Of a DNA stretch of 64,000 nucleotides, positions 23,728 through 34,707 are shown in pieces. A model generated the notes under the pieces. It was not told the DNA's origin, ran no database searches, and was given only the letters and a program-made list of their open reading frames with translations. Location: assembly GCA_963777955.1 (NCBI GenBank), contig CAVZSQ010000015.1, positions 256,001-320,000 on the forward strand, read 5' to 3'. The stretch is from Calditrichia bacterium. GTDB lineage: Bacteria; Calditrichota; Calditrichia; JAJRVZ01. The position numbers and the translations under genes are program-made. The stretch's first letter is position 1, and each line of letters opens with the position of its first letter.

Positions 23728-24060
23728 TTATACTTTTTCCGGTTCACGGGAGGGTTGTTGAAAGCCGATATTTTTCTGTTTTTCTTCCAATCCCTGTAAT
23801 TTTATTTCACCGAACTGTTCTTCATACTTTCGGATATTTTCCTGCAAAGCTAATAAAAAAGATTTGGCATGCTGGGGCGCTTTGATGATCCGGCTGTATA
23901 CCTTTGCTTTCGCTTTTCCTGGCAGTACCCTGGCGAAATCAAAAATGAATTCTGCGGGGGAATGGGTAATCAAAACCAGGTTGGAATATATGCCTTCCGC
24001 TTCGGATTCACCTAATTCAATATTGATTTGCTGAGCAGGACCCTGGGCTAACTTATTCAT
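23728..24060 (-). CDS. DUF3467-family protein
   Basis: AEGIYSNLVLITHSPAEFIFDF...SRII..PQHAK...YEEQFGEI signature. Confidence 0.85.
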   Translation of the reverse strand: MNKLAQGPAQQINIELGESEAEGIYSNLVLITHSPAEFIFDFARVLPGKAKAKVYSRIIKAPQHAKSFLLALQENIRKYEEQFGEIKLQGLEEKQKNIGFQQPSREPEKV

Positions 24061-24175
24061 ACTTAAATCTCCGCCTTTATTGTTTAACATTTCTAAATTT
24101 AATAAATTGAAAACTAATTACTATAGATGAAATTAATAATCGTCATTTTGCAGATCAAATGCATATTGATCCGTT

Positions 24176-25994
24176 ATGATGAAGATACCTCAAGCCAAAA
24201 TCGATGAAATTCAGAGTTCGGCCAACCTGGTCAGTTATATTTCACGCTATGTTAACCTTAAACTATCCGGAAAAAACTTTAAAGGATTATGCCCTTTTCA
24301 CAAGGAGAAAACTCCTTCTTTTATCGTGAGTCCGGAAAAACAGATATACCATTGTTTCGGCTGCGGTAAGGGGGGTAATGTAATCGGATTTCTGATGGAG
24401 ATAGAAAAGATTTCCTATATTGAAGTCTATCAGGCGGGTAGCCGCAGATGCAGGAATTAAACTGGCTTATGATCAAAGCGATAAACAGCAGGACGCCGAA
24501 TCGGAATTTGAACCCTTATACTTTGCCAACCGCCTGGCCAAAGATTTCTTTATCCAGGGTCTGCAGCAAAAAAACAGCAAGCCGGCCAGAGACTACCTGC
24601 AGAAACGTAAATTAACTGATCAAACGATTAAAAAATATGAAATCGGTTATGCCTGTAATAAATGGGATGGTTTGGTTCTGGCTCCGGAAATGAAAGATGT
24701 AGCCAGGGAAATTCTGGATGAATTGGGCCTGATTCAGAACAAAGAGAATAACAGCGGCTATTTCGATAAATTCAGAAACCGCATAATGTTTCCTTTCCAT
24801 AACCTCTCCGGGCGCATCGTAGGATTTGGCGGACGCCGCCTGCTGGAAGCGGATCAGCCGAAATATCTCAATTCACCGGACTCCCGCATCTACAAAAAAG
24901 GCCAGATTCTGTACGGTCTGCAGCAAGCACTTACGGCCATCCGCGAAAATAAATTTGCCATCCTGGTTGAAGGATATTTCGACTTGCTGCGACTGGTCGA
25001 TTCCGGGATTTTAAATGTGGTGGCTTCCAGCGGAACCGCCTTGACTGAAAATCAGGGGCGTCTGCTCCGGCGCTATACCAACTCGGTAATTATTTCCTAC
25101 GACAGCGATGAAGCAGGTATAACAGCGGCCTTGCGTAATAGTCAAATCCTGGAGGCTTTTGATTTCAATACCTCAATTATTCAGATCCCGGCACCCTATG
25201 ATCCGGACACTTTTATCCTGGACAAAGGCAAGGCGGCCTATGTCGATTTATTGCGCAAGCGTGTTTCACCACTGGAATTGCAGTTACAGCGTTTTTACCA
25301 GCAATTACCCCGCCCGACCATGGATGAAAAAACTCAATTTATAAATACAGTTCTGGATAGTATCAGGAATATACGCGATGAAATCAAGATCGGCATGTAC
25401 CTGCATCAACTTGCCCAGAGTCTGGAGATTGCCGAGTCTTTCCTGATTTCCCGCTTTAGTCGTTTGCATCAGCATGGAACAACCACTGAACCTGCCGCCG
25501 GTAAGCCCGCAGCTGCCAGGCCGGCAGAACCAGCGTTGCGCGGCAGATGGCGTGCTGAAGAGGGTATTTTGTCGGTCCTGCTGTTGAACGACGCCCAGCA
25601 AACCCGGCAGATCTTCGATCAATTAAGTGTGACTGACTTTGAAAATGAATCGTTGCGCCGCTTATTCGAATTATTCTCTGAAAACTGGGATGAACTGGGA
25701 CGAATTTCCATTCATGATCTGACTGCTAAAATGAATGACCGGGAAAATAATCTGGTCACAGAACTGCTGCTGCATGAAACCAGCGATTTACCAAAATTTA
25801 CCGCCGATTGTATTTACCAGATCAAAAAATGGACCCTGGATCAGCGCTACAATGAACTCAAACGGTTGATGCACAGCGAAACGAGCGGAAGCCAGGATCC
25901 GGCCTTGCACTATATTAAAGAATTAAATGCCATTCGAAAAAAATTATCCGAAATAAACGAGGAACATAATAAGTACCTTAAAATTGATTTATAA
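24176..25994 (+). CDS. dnaG: DNA primase (frameshift near 24423)
   Basis: CPFHKEKTPSF...CFGC zinc domain; FRNRIMFP, PKYLNSPD, LVEGYFD and YDSDEAG TOPRIM motifs. Confidence 0.95.
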
Positions 25995-26071
25995 CCGCTG
26001 CGGCTGTGGCGGAAATAGAATGTATGCATAAAGGGTTTAAAAAAATATAGTATTGATATGGATGGACTGCT

Positions 26072-27004
26072 ATGCGCATAAGCGGTTTTTCATTTGTCAG
26101 GAATGGTATTAAGCTGGGTTATCCGGTTAAGGAATCCATTTTATCCATCCTGCCGGTTTGTGATGAATTTATTATTTCTGTGGGCAAAAGCGAAGATGAC
26201 ACTGCCGCACAGATTGCTGCGATTGGCGATCCGAAGATAAAAATAGTCGAAACGGTCTGGGATCCGGCCATGTTTGTGCATGGCGCCATTAATGCCTACC
26301 AGACTAACATTGCTTTAAAGCAATGCAGCGGCGACTGGTGTTTTTATGTCCAGGCTGATGAAGTTGTCCATGAAAAATACCTGCCCAACATTAAGGCCAA
26401 ATGCCTGGAATATCTGCCCCTGACGGCAGTGGAGGGTTTGCTATTTGATTATATTCATTTCTGGGGTAGTTTTAATACATATCACCGGGCCCGCAACTGG
26501 TACCGGGCCGAGGTGAGGATTATCCGTAATCACCTGGGGATCGAATCTTTTCAATCAGCCCAGGGATTCCGCCGGCAGGGCCAGAAGATACATGTCGCCA
26601 GGGCCGAGGCCGCGATTTATCATTACGGCTGGGTTCGTCCTGCCGAAACAATGCGCAAGAAAAAAATTGCCCTTGATTCCCTGCATCATGATCCTGAATG
26701 GGTCAGAAAATATAATCCGCAGCCCGAACAACCATTCGATTACGGTACGTTGAAGCATCTGGCCAGATTTAAAGGCACGCATCCGGCTGTTATGGCAGAT
26801 TTTATTGCACGTACGGCGGCACTGGTCAAAATCAATCCCGGCAGTAAGGTCCGGCATGAACATGATAAACTAAGTGTGCGCCTGCTTTCCTGGATTGAAC
26901 GCAATCTGCTGCATCATCGGCTCGGCGAGTGGAAAAACTACATTTTGCTTGATGCGGCTGCTGCAAGACTGCGTCCTACAAAAGCAAAGGAGATTTTTAA
27001 GTGA
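26072..27004 (+). CDS. Glycosyltransferase family 2-like protein
   Basis: ISGFSFVRNG, SEDDT, DWCFYVQADE and IYHYGWVR motifs. Confidence 0.8.
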   Translation: MRISGFSFVRNGIKLGYPVKESILSILPVCDEFIISVGKSEDDTAAQIAAIGDPKIKIVETVWDPAMFVHGAINAYQTNIALKQCSGDWCFYVQADEVVHEKYLPNIKAKCLEYLPLTAVEGLLFDYIHFWGSFNTYHRARNWYRAEVRIIRNHLGIESFQSAQGFRRQGQKIHVARAEAAIYHYGWVRPAETMRKKKIALDSLHHDPEWVRKYNPQPEQPFDYGTLKHLARFKGTHPAVMADFIARTAALVKINPGSKVRHEHDKLSVRLLSWIERNLLHHRLGEWKNYILLDAAAARLRPTKAKEIFK

Positions 27005-27369
27005 ATCCATCCGTAGATATCCTGGTAATCGATGACAACGAATTACAACTCAATTATATGGCTGAGTTGCTGCGCAGCCACGGTTACAAAACAGATACTC
27101 TGCAGCAGGGTGCCCGGGCGCTCGAGGTGATCGGTCAGCTTCGGCCCAAACTGATTATCCTGGATATCATGATGCCAGGGGTCGACGGATTTACTGTTTT
27201 AAAGCAAATACGGGATGAGCAGAATATTAAATCAATTCCGGTGATTATCTATACCGGTAAAGCTTACCAGGTCGATATGAAGAAAGCCCTGGCGCTAGGC
27301 GCTAATTCCTTTCTGGCCAAACCGGTTAAAGGTGCAGTAATAATTGAAGAAGTGAAAAAATATCTCTGA
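27001..27369 (+). CDS. Single-domain response regulator
   Basis: VIDD, ILDIMMPGVDG, YTG and KP motifs. Confidence 0.92.
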   Translation: MNPSVDILVIDDNELQLNYMAELLRSHGYKTDTLQQGARALEVIGQLRPKLIILDIMMPGVDGFTVLKQIRDEQNIKSIPVIIYTGKAYQVDMKKALALGANSFLAKPVKGAVIIEEVKKYL

Positions 27370-27376
27370 GGTACCA

Positions 27377-28267
27377 ATGGCTTATTTAAAATTTTGGGGA
27401 GTGCGCGGTTCTATCCCTACTCCCGGACCTTCCACACTTCGCTATGGCGGTAATACGCCCTGCCTCGAACTTGCTTATGCTCAGGATAAATTCTTCATTC
27501 TGGATGCCGGCTCGGGTATCCGTGCATTTGGACAACACCTGCTGCAGTTAAAAAAACCTATTCATGCGCATATCTTTATCAGCCACATGCACTGGGACCA
27601 TATTCAGGGTTTCCCCTTTTTTGTACCGGCGTTCATTCCCGGCAATAGTTTTGTTTTTCATGGTGCAGCGGAAGCCGATGTGAAGCTGGAAAAAATTCTG
27701 GCTGAGCAGATGAATCCCATCAATTTTCCCGTGCAGTTCAATGAATTGCGCTCCCGGTTTGAGTACCAGGAATTGTATGAAGGTTCATATGAGTTCGACG
27801 GTGTCAAGGTCGATACCATTTATCTGAACCATCCCGGTTATGCCCTTGGTTATAAATTTCAGGTCCAGCATAAGTCAGTAGTGTATGTAAGCGATAATGA
27901 GCCCTATCCTTTCTATCCGGCCAGCGCTGCTGCCAGTGATAGTCCCAGCGAAGTTCAGTTTATTGAAGACGGGAACCAGCGGATCATAAATTTCTGTAAA
28001 CAGGCGGATATACTGATTCACGATGCCCAGTATACCCCCGAAGAATATAAATCCAAGTATCAATGGGGTCATTCCCCGTACGATTACACGGTGCGGATTG
28101 CTTTGCAGGCGGGGGTCAAGATCCTGGTCTTATTTCATCACGATCCGACGCACAATGATGAATTCATTGATGGTCTGGTAGAGGCGGCAAAAAAGATTTC
28201 CTGGCAGGCCGGCAGTACAATGAAAATAATAGGTGCGGTGGAGGGCATGTCCCTGGCCCTGGATTAA
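27377..28267 (+). CDS. MBL-fold metallohydrolase (RNase Z/phosphodiesterase-like)
   Basis: WGVRGSIPTPG, YGGNTPC, SHMHWDH, WGHS and FHHDP motifs. Confidence 0.85.
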   Translation: MAYLKFWGVRGSIPTPGPSTLRYGGNTPCLELAYAQDKFFILDAGSGIRAFGQHLLQLKKPIHAHIFISHMHWDHIQGFPFFVPAFIPGNSFVFHGAAEADVKLEKILAEQMNPINFPVQFNELRSRFEYQELYEGSYEFDGVKVDTIYLNHPGYALGYKFQVQHKSVVYVSDNEPYPFYPASAAASDSPSEVQFIEDGNQRIINFCKQADILIHDAQYTPEEYKSKYQWGHSPYDYTVRIALQAGVKILVLFHHDPTHNDEFIDGLVEAAKKISWQAGSTMKIIGAVEGMSLALD

Positions 28268-31005
28268 TGCGCTTCCAGCCAATTAGCACCAAACCCTGCA
28301 TCCGCCTTTAAAGGTACATCCAGTTTAAAGGCATGTTCCATTTTATCTTTAACCATGATCTTCATTGTATCGATCTCTGCCTGTGGCACTTCAAAAACCA
28401 ATTCGTCATGTACCTGTAAGATCATCCGGCTCGCTAAATTCCGGGCGATCAGCGCGGCCCGGATATCGATCATCGCTTTTTTAATCAGGTCGGCGGCGCT
28501 GCCCTGAATCGGAGTATTGATTGATGTTCTTTCGGCGAATTCGCGTAACTGCCTGTTGCTGCTCCTGATTTGCGGCATATAACGGATGCGTCCCAAAATG
28601 GTCGTGACATACCCCCGCTCGCTGGCCATGGCGATGGTGTGCTGCATGAATTCCTGAATACTGGGATAGGTGGCGAAATAGTTAATTATAAATTTTTCGG
28701 CTTCATCGATCGGGATATCGAGACGGTTGGCCAGTCCATATTTACTCATACCATAAATGATACCAAAATTAATTTCCTTGGCTTTACGGCGATGGTCGGC
28801 ATTGACTTCAGTGATCGGAATATCGAAGATCTGAGATGCGGTAGCGGCATGAATATCCAGGTCGGCCAGGAAACTTTTTTTCATATTTTTATCCCCGGAC
28901 AGATGGGCAACAATGCGCAATTCGATCTGGGAATAATCGGCACTCATGATTACAGCACCGGCAGTCGATGGTACAAAGGCTTTGCGTATCTCGCGTCCGA
29001 TTTCGGTCCGTATCGGAATATTCTGCAAATTGGGATTTACACTGGACAGGCGTCCGGTTGAAGCCACCGCCTGATTGTAGGAAGTATGAACCCGTCCTGT
29101 TTTCTGGTGTACCAGGTCGGGCAAGGCATCCACATAAGTTGTTTTTAATTTATATAACTTGCGGTATTCCAGGATAGTTTTAGGTAAGGCGTGTTTCTGA
29201 TAGCGTTCCAATACCTGTTCGGATGTGGCATATTGCCCTGTTTTAGTGCGTTGCGGCCGCCGCATTCCTAATAATTTGTGAATTTCCAGTTTGTCAAAAA
29301 GCAGGATCCCCAGTTGCTGCGGGGAATTGATATTAAATTCTCCCCCGGCCTGCTGGTAGATCGACTTTTGCAAATCGGTCAATTCCTGCTCTAATTTTTT
29401 AGAGATCTTCGACAGCAAGGTAAGCTCTAATTTTACTCCCTGCTCTTCCATGTCGATTAAAACCGGCACCAGTGGCATTTCAACCGTATAAAATAATTTT
29501 TCCAGTTCCAGTTCTTTTAATTTGGGTACAAATATATTTTTCAATTTCAAAGTGATGTCGGCATCCTCGCAGGAGTATTCAAAAACCGAATCGGAAGACA
29601 ACTCGGTCATTTTTTTCTGGTTTTTGCCCGAGCCGATTAGTTCTTCAATACTTATCATCTTATAATCCAGATACTCGCGGGCCAGGTTATCCAGGCTATG
29701 CTGGCTGCTGGCGGAATTGATCAAAAAGGAGGCCAGCATCGTATCGAAATACAGGTTCGAAATCATAATACCGTGCTGATGCAAAACCATGGTATCAAAT
29801 TTGATATTCTGTCCGATTTTTCTGATTTTGGGATTGGTGAAGAAGGGGCGTATTTTGTCCAAGACCTCTTTTTCGTTCAGGCGGCCGTCCGGGTGATTCA
29901 ATACAATATAGAACGCTTCGTCTTCTTTGAAACTGACGGCAATGCCGGCCAGACTGGCGACAAAGGTATCCAGCGAATCGGTTTCGACATCGAAAACAAA
30001 CTCATCTGCTTTTTTCCAGCGGGCGATCAGTTTTTCCAGGTCCTGTTCATTATTGATTTTCTGGTAGTCTACTTTAGCGCTGCTTTTTGCCAGGACCGGT
30101 CGGATATCGTCGCCGGCAAGTAACTGATGGGCCTGGGCCGCCCGGGTCAGCAGCCGGGTGAATTCCATATCTTTCAGCAGGATCTCAACCTGATGCTGAT
30201 CCCATTTCTTTAAAGTAAGATTTTCCAAATTAATATCGAGGTCAACTTTATCGTCCAGGGTGACCAGCTGCCGGGAAAGAAAGGCTATTTCCTTATTTGT
30301 TTCAATTTTATCCTGTAAAGACTTTTTTTCGATAGTTGCGCTCTGCCGGTAGATATTTTCCAGGGATTGAAATTTTTCAATCAGCATCCCGGCAGTTTTT
30401 TCGCCGATACCGGGTATGCCCGGAACATTGTCTGATTTATCCCCCATTAAAGCCAACCAGTCGCGAATTTGTTCAGGCAATACGCCATATTTCTCTTTGA
30501 CACCTCTGTCGTCCAGGATCTGTAACGGTTCCTGCGTTGATTTGGCCGGTACGTAAATATTGACGTCGGCTGTAACGAGTTGAGCCAGATCCTTATCGCC
30601 TGATACGATCAATACCTGGATTTCTTTCGACCCGAAACGTCTGGCCAGGGTGGCAATCAGATCATCGGCTTCGAAACCGGATTTTTCCAGAACTGGCAGT
30701 TGTAAAGTTTGCAGCGCGGAAATCAGCCGCGGGAATGAATTTATCATTTCTTCCGGCATGCGTTCGCGGGTCGCTTTGTAATCCGGATAGACCTTGTGGC
30801 GGAAAGTCGGCTCCGGAGTATCAAATATGATCGCCATATAGCGGGGGACTTCGTCTTCGATTATTTTAAAAATTGTGTTGAGGAATCCGTACGTGGCGCT
30901 GGTGTTTTCCCCCTTGGAATTGATCAGGGGATTACGGATAAAAGCAAAATAACTGCGATAGAAAATTGCCGAACCGTCGATTAAAAATAATTTTTCTCTG
31001 GACAT
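28264..31005 (-). CDS. polA: DNA polymerase I
   Basis: LIDGS/EADD 5' nuclease, DVET 3'-5' exonuclease, ADYSQIELR, KEINFGIIYG and QVHDE. Confidence 0.98.
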   Translation of the reverse strand: MSREKLFLIDGSAIFYRSYFAFIRNPLINSKGENTSATYGFLNTIFKIIEDEVPRYMAIIFDTPEPTFRHKVYPDYKATRERMPEEMINSFPRLISALQTLQLPVLEKSGFEADDLIATLARRFGSKEIQVLIVSGDKDLAQLVTADVNIYVPAKSTQEPLQILDDRGVKEKYGVLPEQIRDWLALMGDKSDNVPGIPGIGEKTAGMLIEKFQSLENIYRQSATIEKKSLQDKIETNKEIAFLSRQLVTLDDKVDLDINLENLTLKKWDQHQVEILLKDMEFTRLLTRAAQAHQLLAGDDIRPVLAKSSAKVDYQKINNEQDLEKLIARWKKADEFVFDVETDSLDTFVASLAGIAVSFKEDEAFYIVLNHPDGRLNEKEVLDKIRPFFTNPKIRKIGQNIKFDTMVLHQHGIMISNLYFDTMLASFLINSASSQHSLDNLAREYLDYKMISIEELIGSGKNQKKMTELSSDSVFEYSCEDADITLKLKNIFVPKLKELELEKLFYTVEMPLVPVLIDMEEQGVKLELTLLSKISKKLEQELTDLQKSIYQQAGGEFNINSPQQLGILLFDKLEIHKLLGMRRPQRTKTGQYATSEQVLERYQKHALPKTILEYRKLYKLKTTYVDALPDLVHQKTGRVHTSYNQAVASTGRLSSVNPNLQNIPIRTEIGREIRKAFVPSTAGAVIMSADYSQIELRIVAHLSGDKNMKKSFLADLDIHAATASQIFDIPITEVNADHRRKAKEINFGIIYGMSKYGLANRLDIPIDEAEKFIINYFATYPSIQEFMQHTIAMASERGYVTTILGRIRYMPQIRSSNRQLREFAERTSINTPIQGSAADLIKKAMIDIRAALIARNLASRMILQVHDELVFEVPQAEIDTMKIMVKDKMEHAFKLDVPLKADAGFGANWLEAH

Positions 31006-31021
31006 ATCAGTTTATGTTAGA

Positions 31022-33367
31022 TCAGGGCAGGTCAATAACGGTCACTCCGCTATCCCCTTCCCCGTATTTGCCTAAATGAAAAGATCTGATTCTGGAATTT
31101 TTTTTCAGATAAGCGTGTATGGTCTGTCGTAACACACCGCTGCCTTTGCCATGAATGATGCGCAGTACCTTCCAGTCTGAGTGCAGGGCCTGGTCAAGAT
31201 ATTTTTGCAGTTCGCTCAAGGCCTCAGCGGCATTCAAACCGCGTAAATCGATCTCGTTCATTACCGTTACCGCTACAGTTGTTTGCTGCCCCGTATTGCT
31301 TTGATTCATTTCAGCAGAATTTTCCGGCTCCAGATCGTTCAGCGGGACGACAATTTTAATTCCCTTCGATTCCAGTTCCACCTCTTCCCGCTCAGCAGAA
31401 ATTTTTTGTATCTGCCCGGTAAAAGAAAAGCGTTTGCTGCGCACGGTCTGGCCGGAAACCAGATCGGAAATTTTTATTTCATGGGACGACGGGGCAACTG
31501 CCTTCTGTTCCAGCTCATCCTTTAATACTTTAATTGTCTTTTTACCTTTTTTAATAATTTCCGGAGCACCGTGGGATTCTCGTATCTCACGGATAACGGC
31601 TTCAACCGTTTTATTGACATTTTCAATAATTTCCTGCGCCGCTTGCACTGCTTCATGCTCATAAGTCTTGCGTTTTGTTTTCAACTCCTCAGCCCGGCTG
31701 CGATACAGAGACTGCAGACCTTCCAGTTCAGATTCACGAATGGACAGCTGGATTAATTTTTTGTCGTACATTTGTTTGCGATCGGCCAGATCGGCCAGCA
31801 TTTCTTCCAGGTCATGATGCGAACTGCCCAAAATCTGACGGGCGCGGTCCAGTACCTGGTCATCCAGGCCCAGCCGCTTGGAAATATCGAAAGCATAACT
31901 GCTGCCCGGAATACCCACTTCCAGCATAAACATTGGTTTTAAACTCTGCCGGTCAAATTGCATGGCGGCATTAACCACCTGCTCTGTATCATGTGCAAAT
32001 GCTTTCAACCGCTCCTGATGAGAGGTGACGATAGTCAGGAAACCGGGCCGGTTAAGTTTCTCCAGTATGGCGATGGCCAGGGCTGCTCCTTCCGCCGGAT
32101 CGGTGCCTGTGCCGATCTCATCGATCAGTACCAGCGAACGGTAATCGGCGGCTTTCAGAATTTCATTTACTTTAGTTACATGAGAAGAAAAAGTGCTCAA
32201 ATCATTTTCAATCGATTGTTCATCGCCGATCACCGCAAACAGTTGGCGGCAAATGGGGAAACGGGATCCTTCTTTAACCGGTATATGAAAACCGCTTTGA
32301 AAAAGTAATTGCAGCAATCCTACAGTTTTTAAGGCAACGGTTTTACCGCCGGCATTTGGTCCGGTGATGACCATGATCCGGTAGTTCTCCCCTATCTTCA
32401 TTGACAGGGGGATAGCCTGTTTGCCGATTTTTTTCAGCAACAGCGGGTGATGTCCCTCGTTGATTTCCCAGAGAAAATCCTCACTGATCAGCGGTGCCGT
32501 CGCTTCCGCTGTTTTTGAATAACGGGCTTTGGCCTGAACGACATCGAGCCGGATCAGGCATTCTAAATCGGCGAGAATTGGTGCACTTTCCTGGCGAAAA
32601 TGGTCTGCCAATCGTTTCAGGATCCGGATGATTTCCTTTTTTTCCTGAATATATAATTCCTGCATCTCGTTATTCAGGGCTACGATGGACAAGGGTTCGA
32701 CATAATGAGTTAGTCCGGTGGCGGATTGACCATGCACGATTCCGGGAATTTTATTGACGGAGTATTCCCTTACCGGTAAAACTAATCTGCCTTCCCGCAG
32801 GGTTACAAAATCTTCCTGCAGGTGCTGGACTTGTTTTTTGATAATACGGTCCAGACGGATATGAATCTGTGTACTGATTACCGAGATCTGTTCGCGGATC
32901 CTCTTAAGTTCCGGACTGGCGTTATCGTAAATGGATCCGGATGGATCGATGGTGCTCTGGATCAAGCGTGACAGGTTAAGCAAGGGATCCAGGCTGGAGG
33001 CTAACAAAAAAATTAAGGGATATTTTTCTTTTTTCGTTTTAAAGAACTTCTGTACAGCAGTACTGATATCCAGAATACTTTGTATGCACTGGCAGTCTTT
33101 AATTTCCAGATAACTTTCTAACGGTTCAATTTTATGCAGCAAAGGCCTTACGTCGTCAAAATACCACAGGGGTATTCCCCCTTCCCCCGTATAGATTTCC
33201 TTCATCTCGGTTACTTCGGCCAGGGTATTTTTTAACAGCAGAGTATCGCTGAGCGGCAAACTGTTAGACAGACGAATTTTGCCCAGATCGCTGGTACAAT
33301 ATGAGGCGATGTACTCTAACACCTTCTCAAATTCAAGATTGGTCAATGTATCGCTACCTGAATGCAT
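31022..33367 (-). CDS. mutS2: Endonuclease MutS2
   Basis: TGPNAGGKT, LSTFSSH, DEIGTGTDP and C-terminal Smr domain (IIHGKGSG). Confidence 0.95.
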   Translation of the reverse strand: MHSGSDTLTNLEFEKVLEYIASYCTSDLGKIRLSNSLPLSDTLLLKNTLAEVTEMKEIYTGEGGIPLWYFDDVRPLLHKIEPLESYLEIKDCQCIQSILDISTAVQKFFKTKKEKYPLIFLLASSLDPLLNLSRLIQSTIDPSGSIYDNASPELKRIREQISVISTQIHIRLDRIIKKQVQHLQEDFVTLREGRLVLPVREYSVNKIPGIVHGQSATGLTHYVEPLSIVALNNEMQELYIQEKKEIIRILKRLADHFRQESAPILADLECLIRLDVVQAKARYSKTAEATAPLISEDFLWEINEGHHPLLLKKIGKQAIPLSMKIGENYRIMVITGPNAGGKTVALKTVGLLQLLFQSGFHIPVKEGSRFPICRQLFAVIGDEQSIENDLSTFSSHVTKVNEILKAADYRSLVLIDEIGTGTDPAEGAALAIAILEKLNRPGFLTIVTSHQERLKAFAHDTEQVVNAAMQFDRQSLKPMFMLEVGIPGSSYAFDISKRLGLDDQVLDRARQILGSSHHDLEEMLADLADRKQMYDKKLIQLSIRESELEGLQSLYRSRAEELKTKRKTYEHEAVQAAQEIIENVNKTVEAVIREIRESHGAPEIIKKGKKTIKVLKDELEQKAVAPSSHEIKISDLVSGQTVRSKRFSFTGQIQKISAEREEVELESKGIKIVVPLNDLEPENSAEMNQSNTGQQTTVAVTVMNEIDLRGLNAAEALSELQKYLDQALHSDWKVLRIIHGKGSGVLRQTIHAYLKKNSRIRSFHLGKYGEGDSGVTVIDLP

Positions 33368-33382
33368 GGCTTGGCACTGAAT

Positions 33383-33880
33383 TTATAAAAGTGAAATCAA
33401 TTTCGAGAGATATTGATATAATTTGGGCCCGAGCATATCCAGTACAGGATAGAGGATACTGTCTTCAATATCTGCTTTTCCCAACAGGAGTTTGAAGAAC
33501 GGGATAAAGGAAAAAAGAAAAACGGCCATACTCATCAGAATTACACTTTTGGCCAGACCGGCCAGGCCGCCCAGTAACCGGTTTAGCCAGCCCAGCAGGG
33601 CCAATTTAAGTGTTTTAGTGAGCAGCTGCGCCAGCAGTTTAAGCAGCAGGTTGCTGCCAATGAACAGGATCAAAAAGGACACGATCTGCATTACAGCTCG
33701 GGGTAAAGAGGGAAAAAGAGCCAGAAACAGATTGGTGACCTGATCCAGGAAGAGCATCGCCACCAGATACCCCACAATCAATCCGACCAGACTGGTTATT
33801 TCCAGAACGAATCCACGCATCAGGCCGCGTATAGAAAACAGGATAATAACAATAAGGATTGTAAGATCAATGAAATTCAT
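33383..33880 (-). CDS. CvpA-family membrane protein
   Basis: MNFID...GLMRGFV...NRLLGG with four TM helices. Confidence 0.85.
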   Translation of the reverse strand: MNFIDLTILIVIILFSIRGLMRGFVLEITSLVGLIVGYLVAMLFLDQVTNLFLALFPSLPRAVMQIVSFLILFIGSNLLLKLLAQLLTKTLKLALLGWLNRLLGGLAGLAKSVILMSMAVFLFSFIPFFKLLLGKADIEDSILYPVLDMLGPKLYQYLSKLISLL

Positions 33881-34332
33881 TGCGAAAGATTGGCGAGTGC
33901 ACTCTTGGCCAACTGCTGAACTAATTTCCCGTCTGCTTTACCCAGCACCTGCGGCATGATTGTGCCCATCAATCGCCCCAAATCCTTTTCCGAAGACAGA
34001 TTTAATGATGAGATGGTCTCGGCAATCAGTTTATTCAAATCATCCGCTGATAATTGTTGCGGCATATAGCGCTGGATAATCCCTAATTCAGTGCTTTCCT
34101 TATCAACCAGATCCTGACGGTTACCCTGCCGGTACATTTCAATGGCTTCTTTACGGATTTTAACTGCCTTTTGCAGCACCTGGTTTATATCCGTTTCATC
34201 GAGATCGCTGCCCTTGGCAATTCGGGCATCTTTTAACTGGGCACGAACCATACGGATGGTGGCAACATCTTCTTTTTTCCCGGCCTTTAAGGCCGCATTC
34301 ATATCAGTAAGGAGTTGCTGCTCGATAGACAT
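33877..34332 (-). CDS. GatB/YqeY-domain protein
   Basis: DMNAALKAG, RQDLVDKE, MPQQLS and GKADGK motifs; follows rpsU. Confidence 0.9.
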   Translation of the reverse strand: MSIEQQLLTDMNAALKAGKKEDVATIRMVRAQLKDARIAKGSDLDETDINQVLQKAVKIRKEAIEMYRQGNRQDLVDKESTELGIIQRYMPQQLSADDLNKLIAETISSLNLSSEKDLGRLMGTIMPQVLGKADGKLVQQLAKSALANLSQ

Positions 34333-34344
34333 GGTTTGAGATAC

Positions 34345-34548
34345 TTATCTGTTTTCTGCCATCAATTTACGCATCTTGCGCTTGGCAGCGTTTACCCGGC
34401 GTTTTTTCTGCTCGCTTGGCTTTTCAAAATGCTGATGTTTTTTAATTTCAGACATTAAACCGGATTTCTCACATGCCTTGGTAAATCTTCGAAATGCTTT
34501 TTCGAAAGCTTCGTTATCACGCACTTTTACTGTAATCATTCCCTGCAC
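34345..34548 (-). CDS. rpsU: 30S ribosomal protein bS21
   Basis: VRDNEAFEKAFRRF...HFEKPS. Confidence 0.95.
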   Translation of the reverse strand: MQGMITVKVRDNEAFEKAFRRFTKACEKSGLMSEIKKHQHFEKPSEQKKRRVNAAKRKMRKLMAENR

Positions 34549-34707
34549 TACCCTCCTTTATTAAAATTTTATTTATAATAGCCTGACTATCGGTGTAATT
34601 CAGATAGGTTATTGATTTTAAAAACTTTAAAGTTATGTATAATTTTCCCTTAGTTCAATATATTTATTGGTTTTCTTTCAGTAATTCGACTCTCAACAAT
34701 GATCTTT

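Noticed and set aside
24176..24460. Stand-alone primase zinc-binding domain (split DnaG)
   Set aside because: Removing one base near 24423 restores a normal full-length DnaG.
34575..34616. Possible structured leader upstream of rpsU
   Set aside because: Only short alternative stems (CTATC/GATAG). There is no recognisable RNA family and covariation data would be needed.
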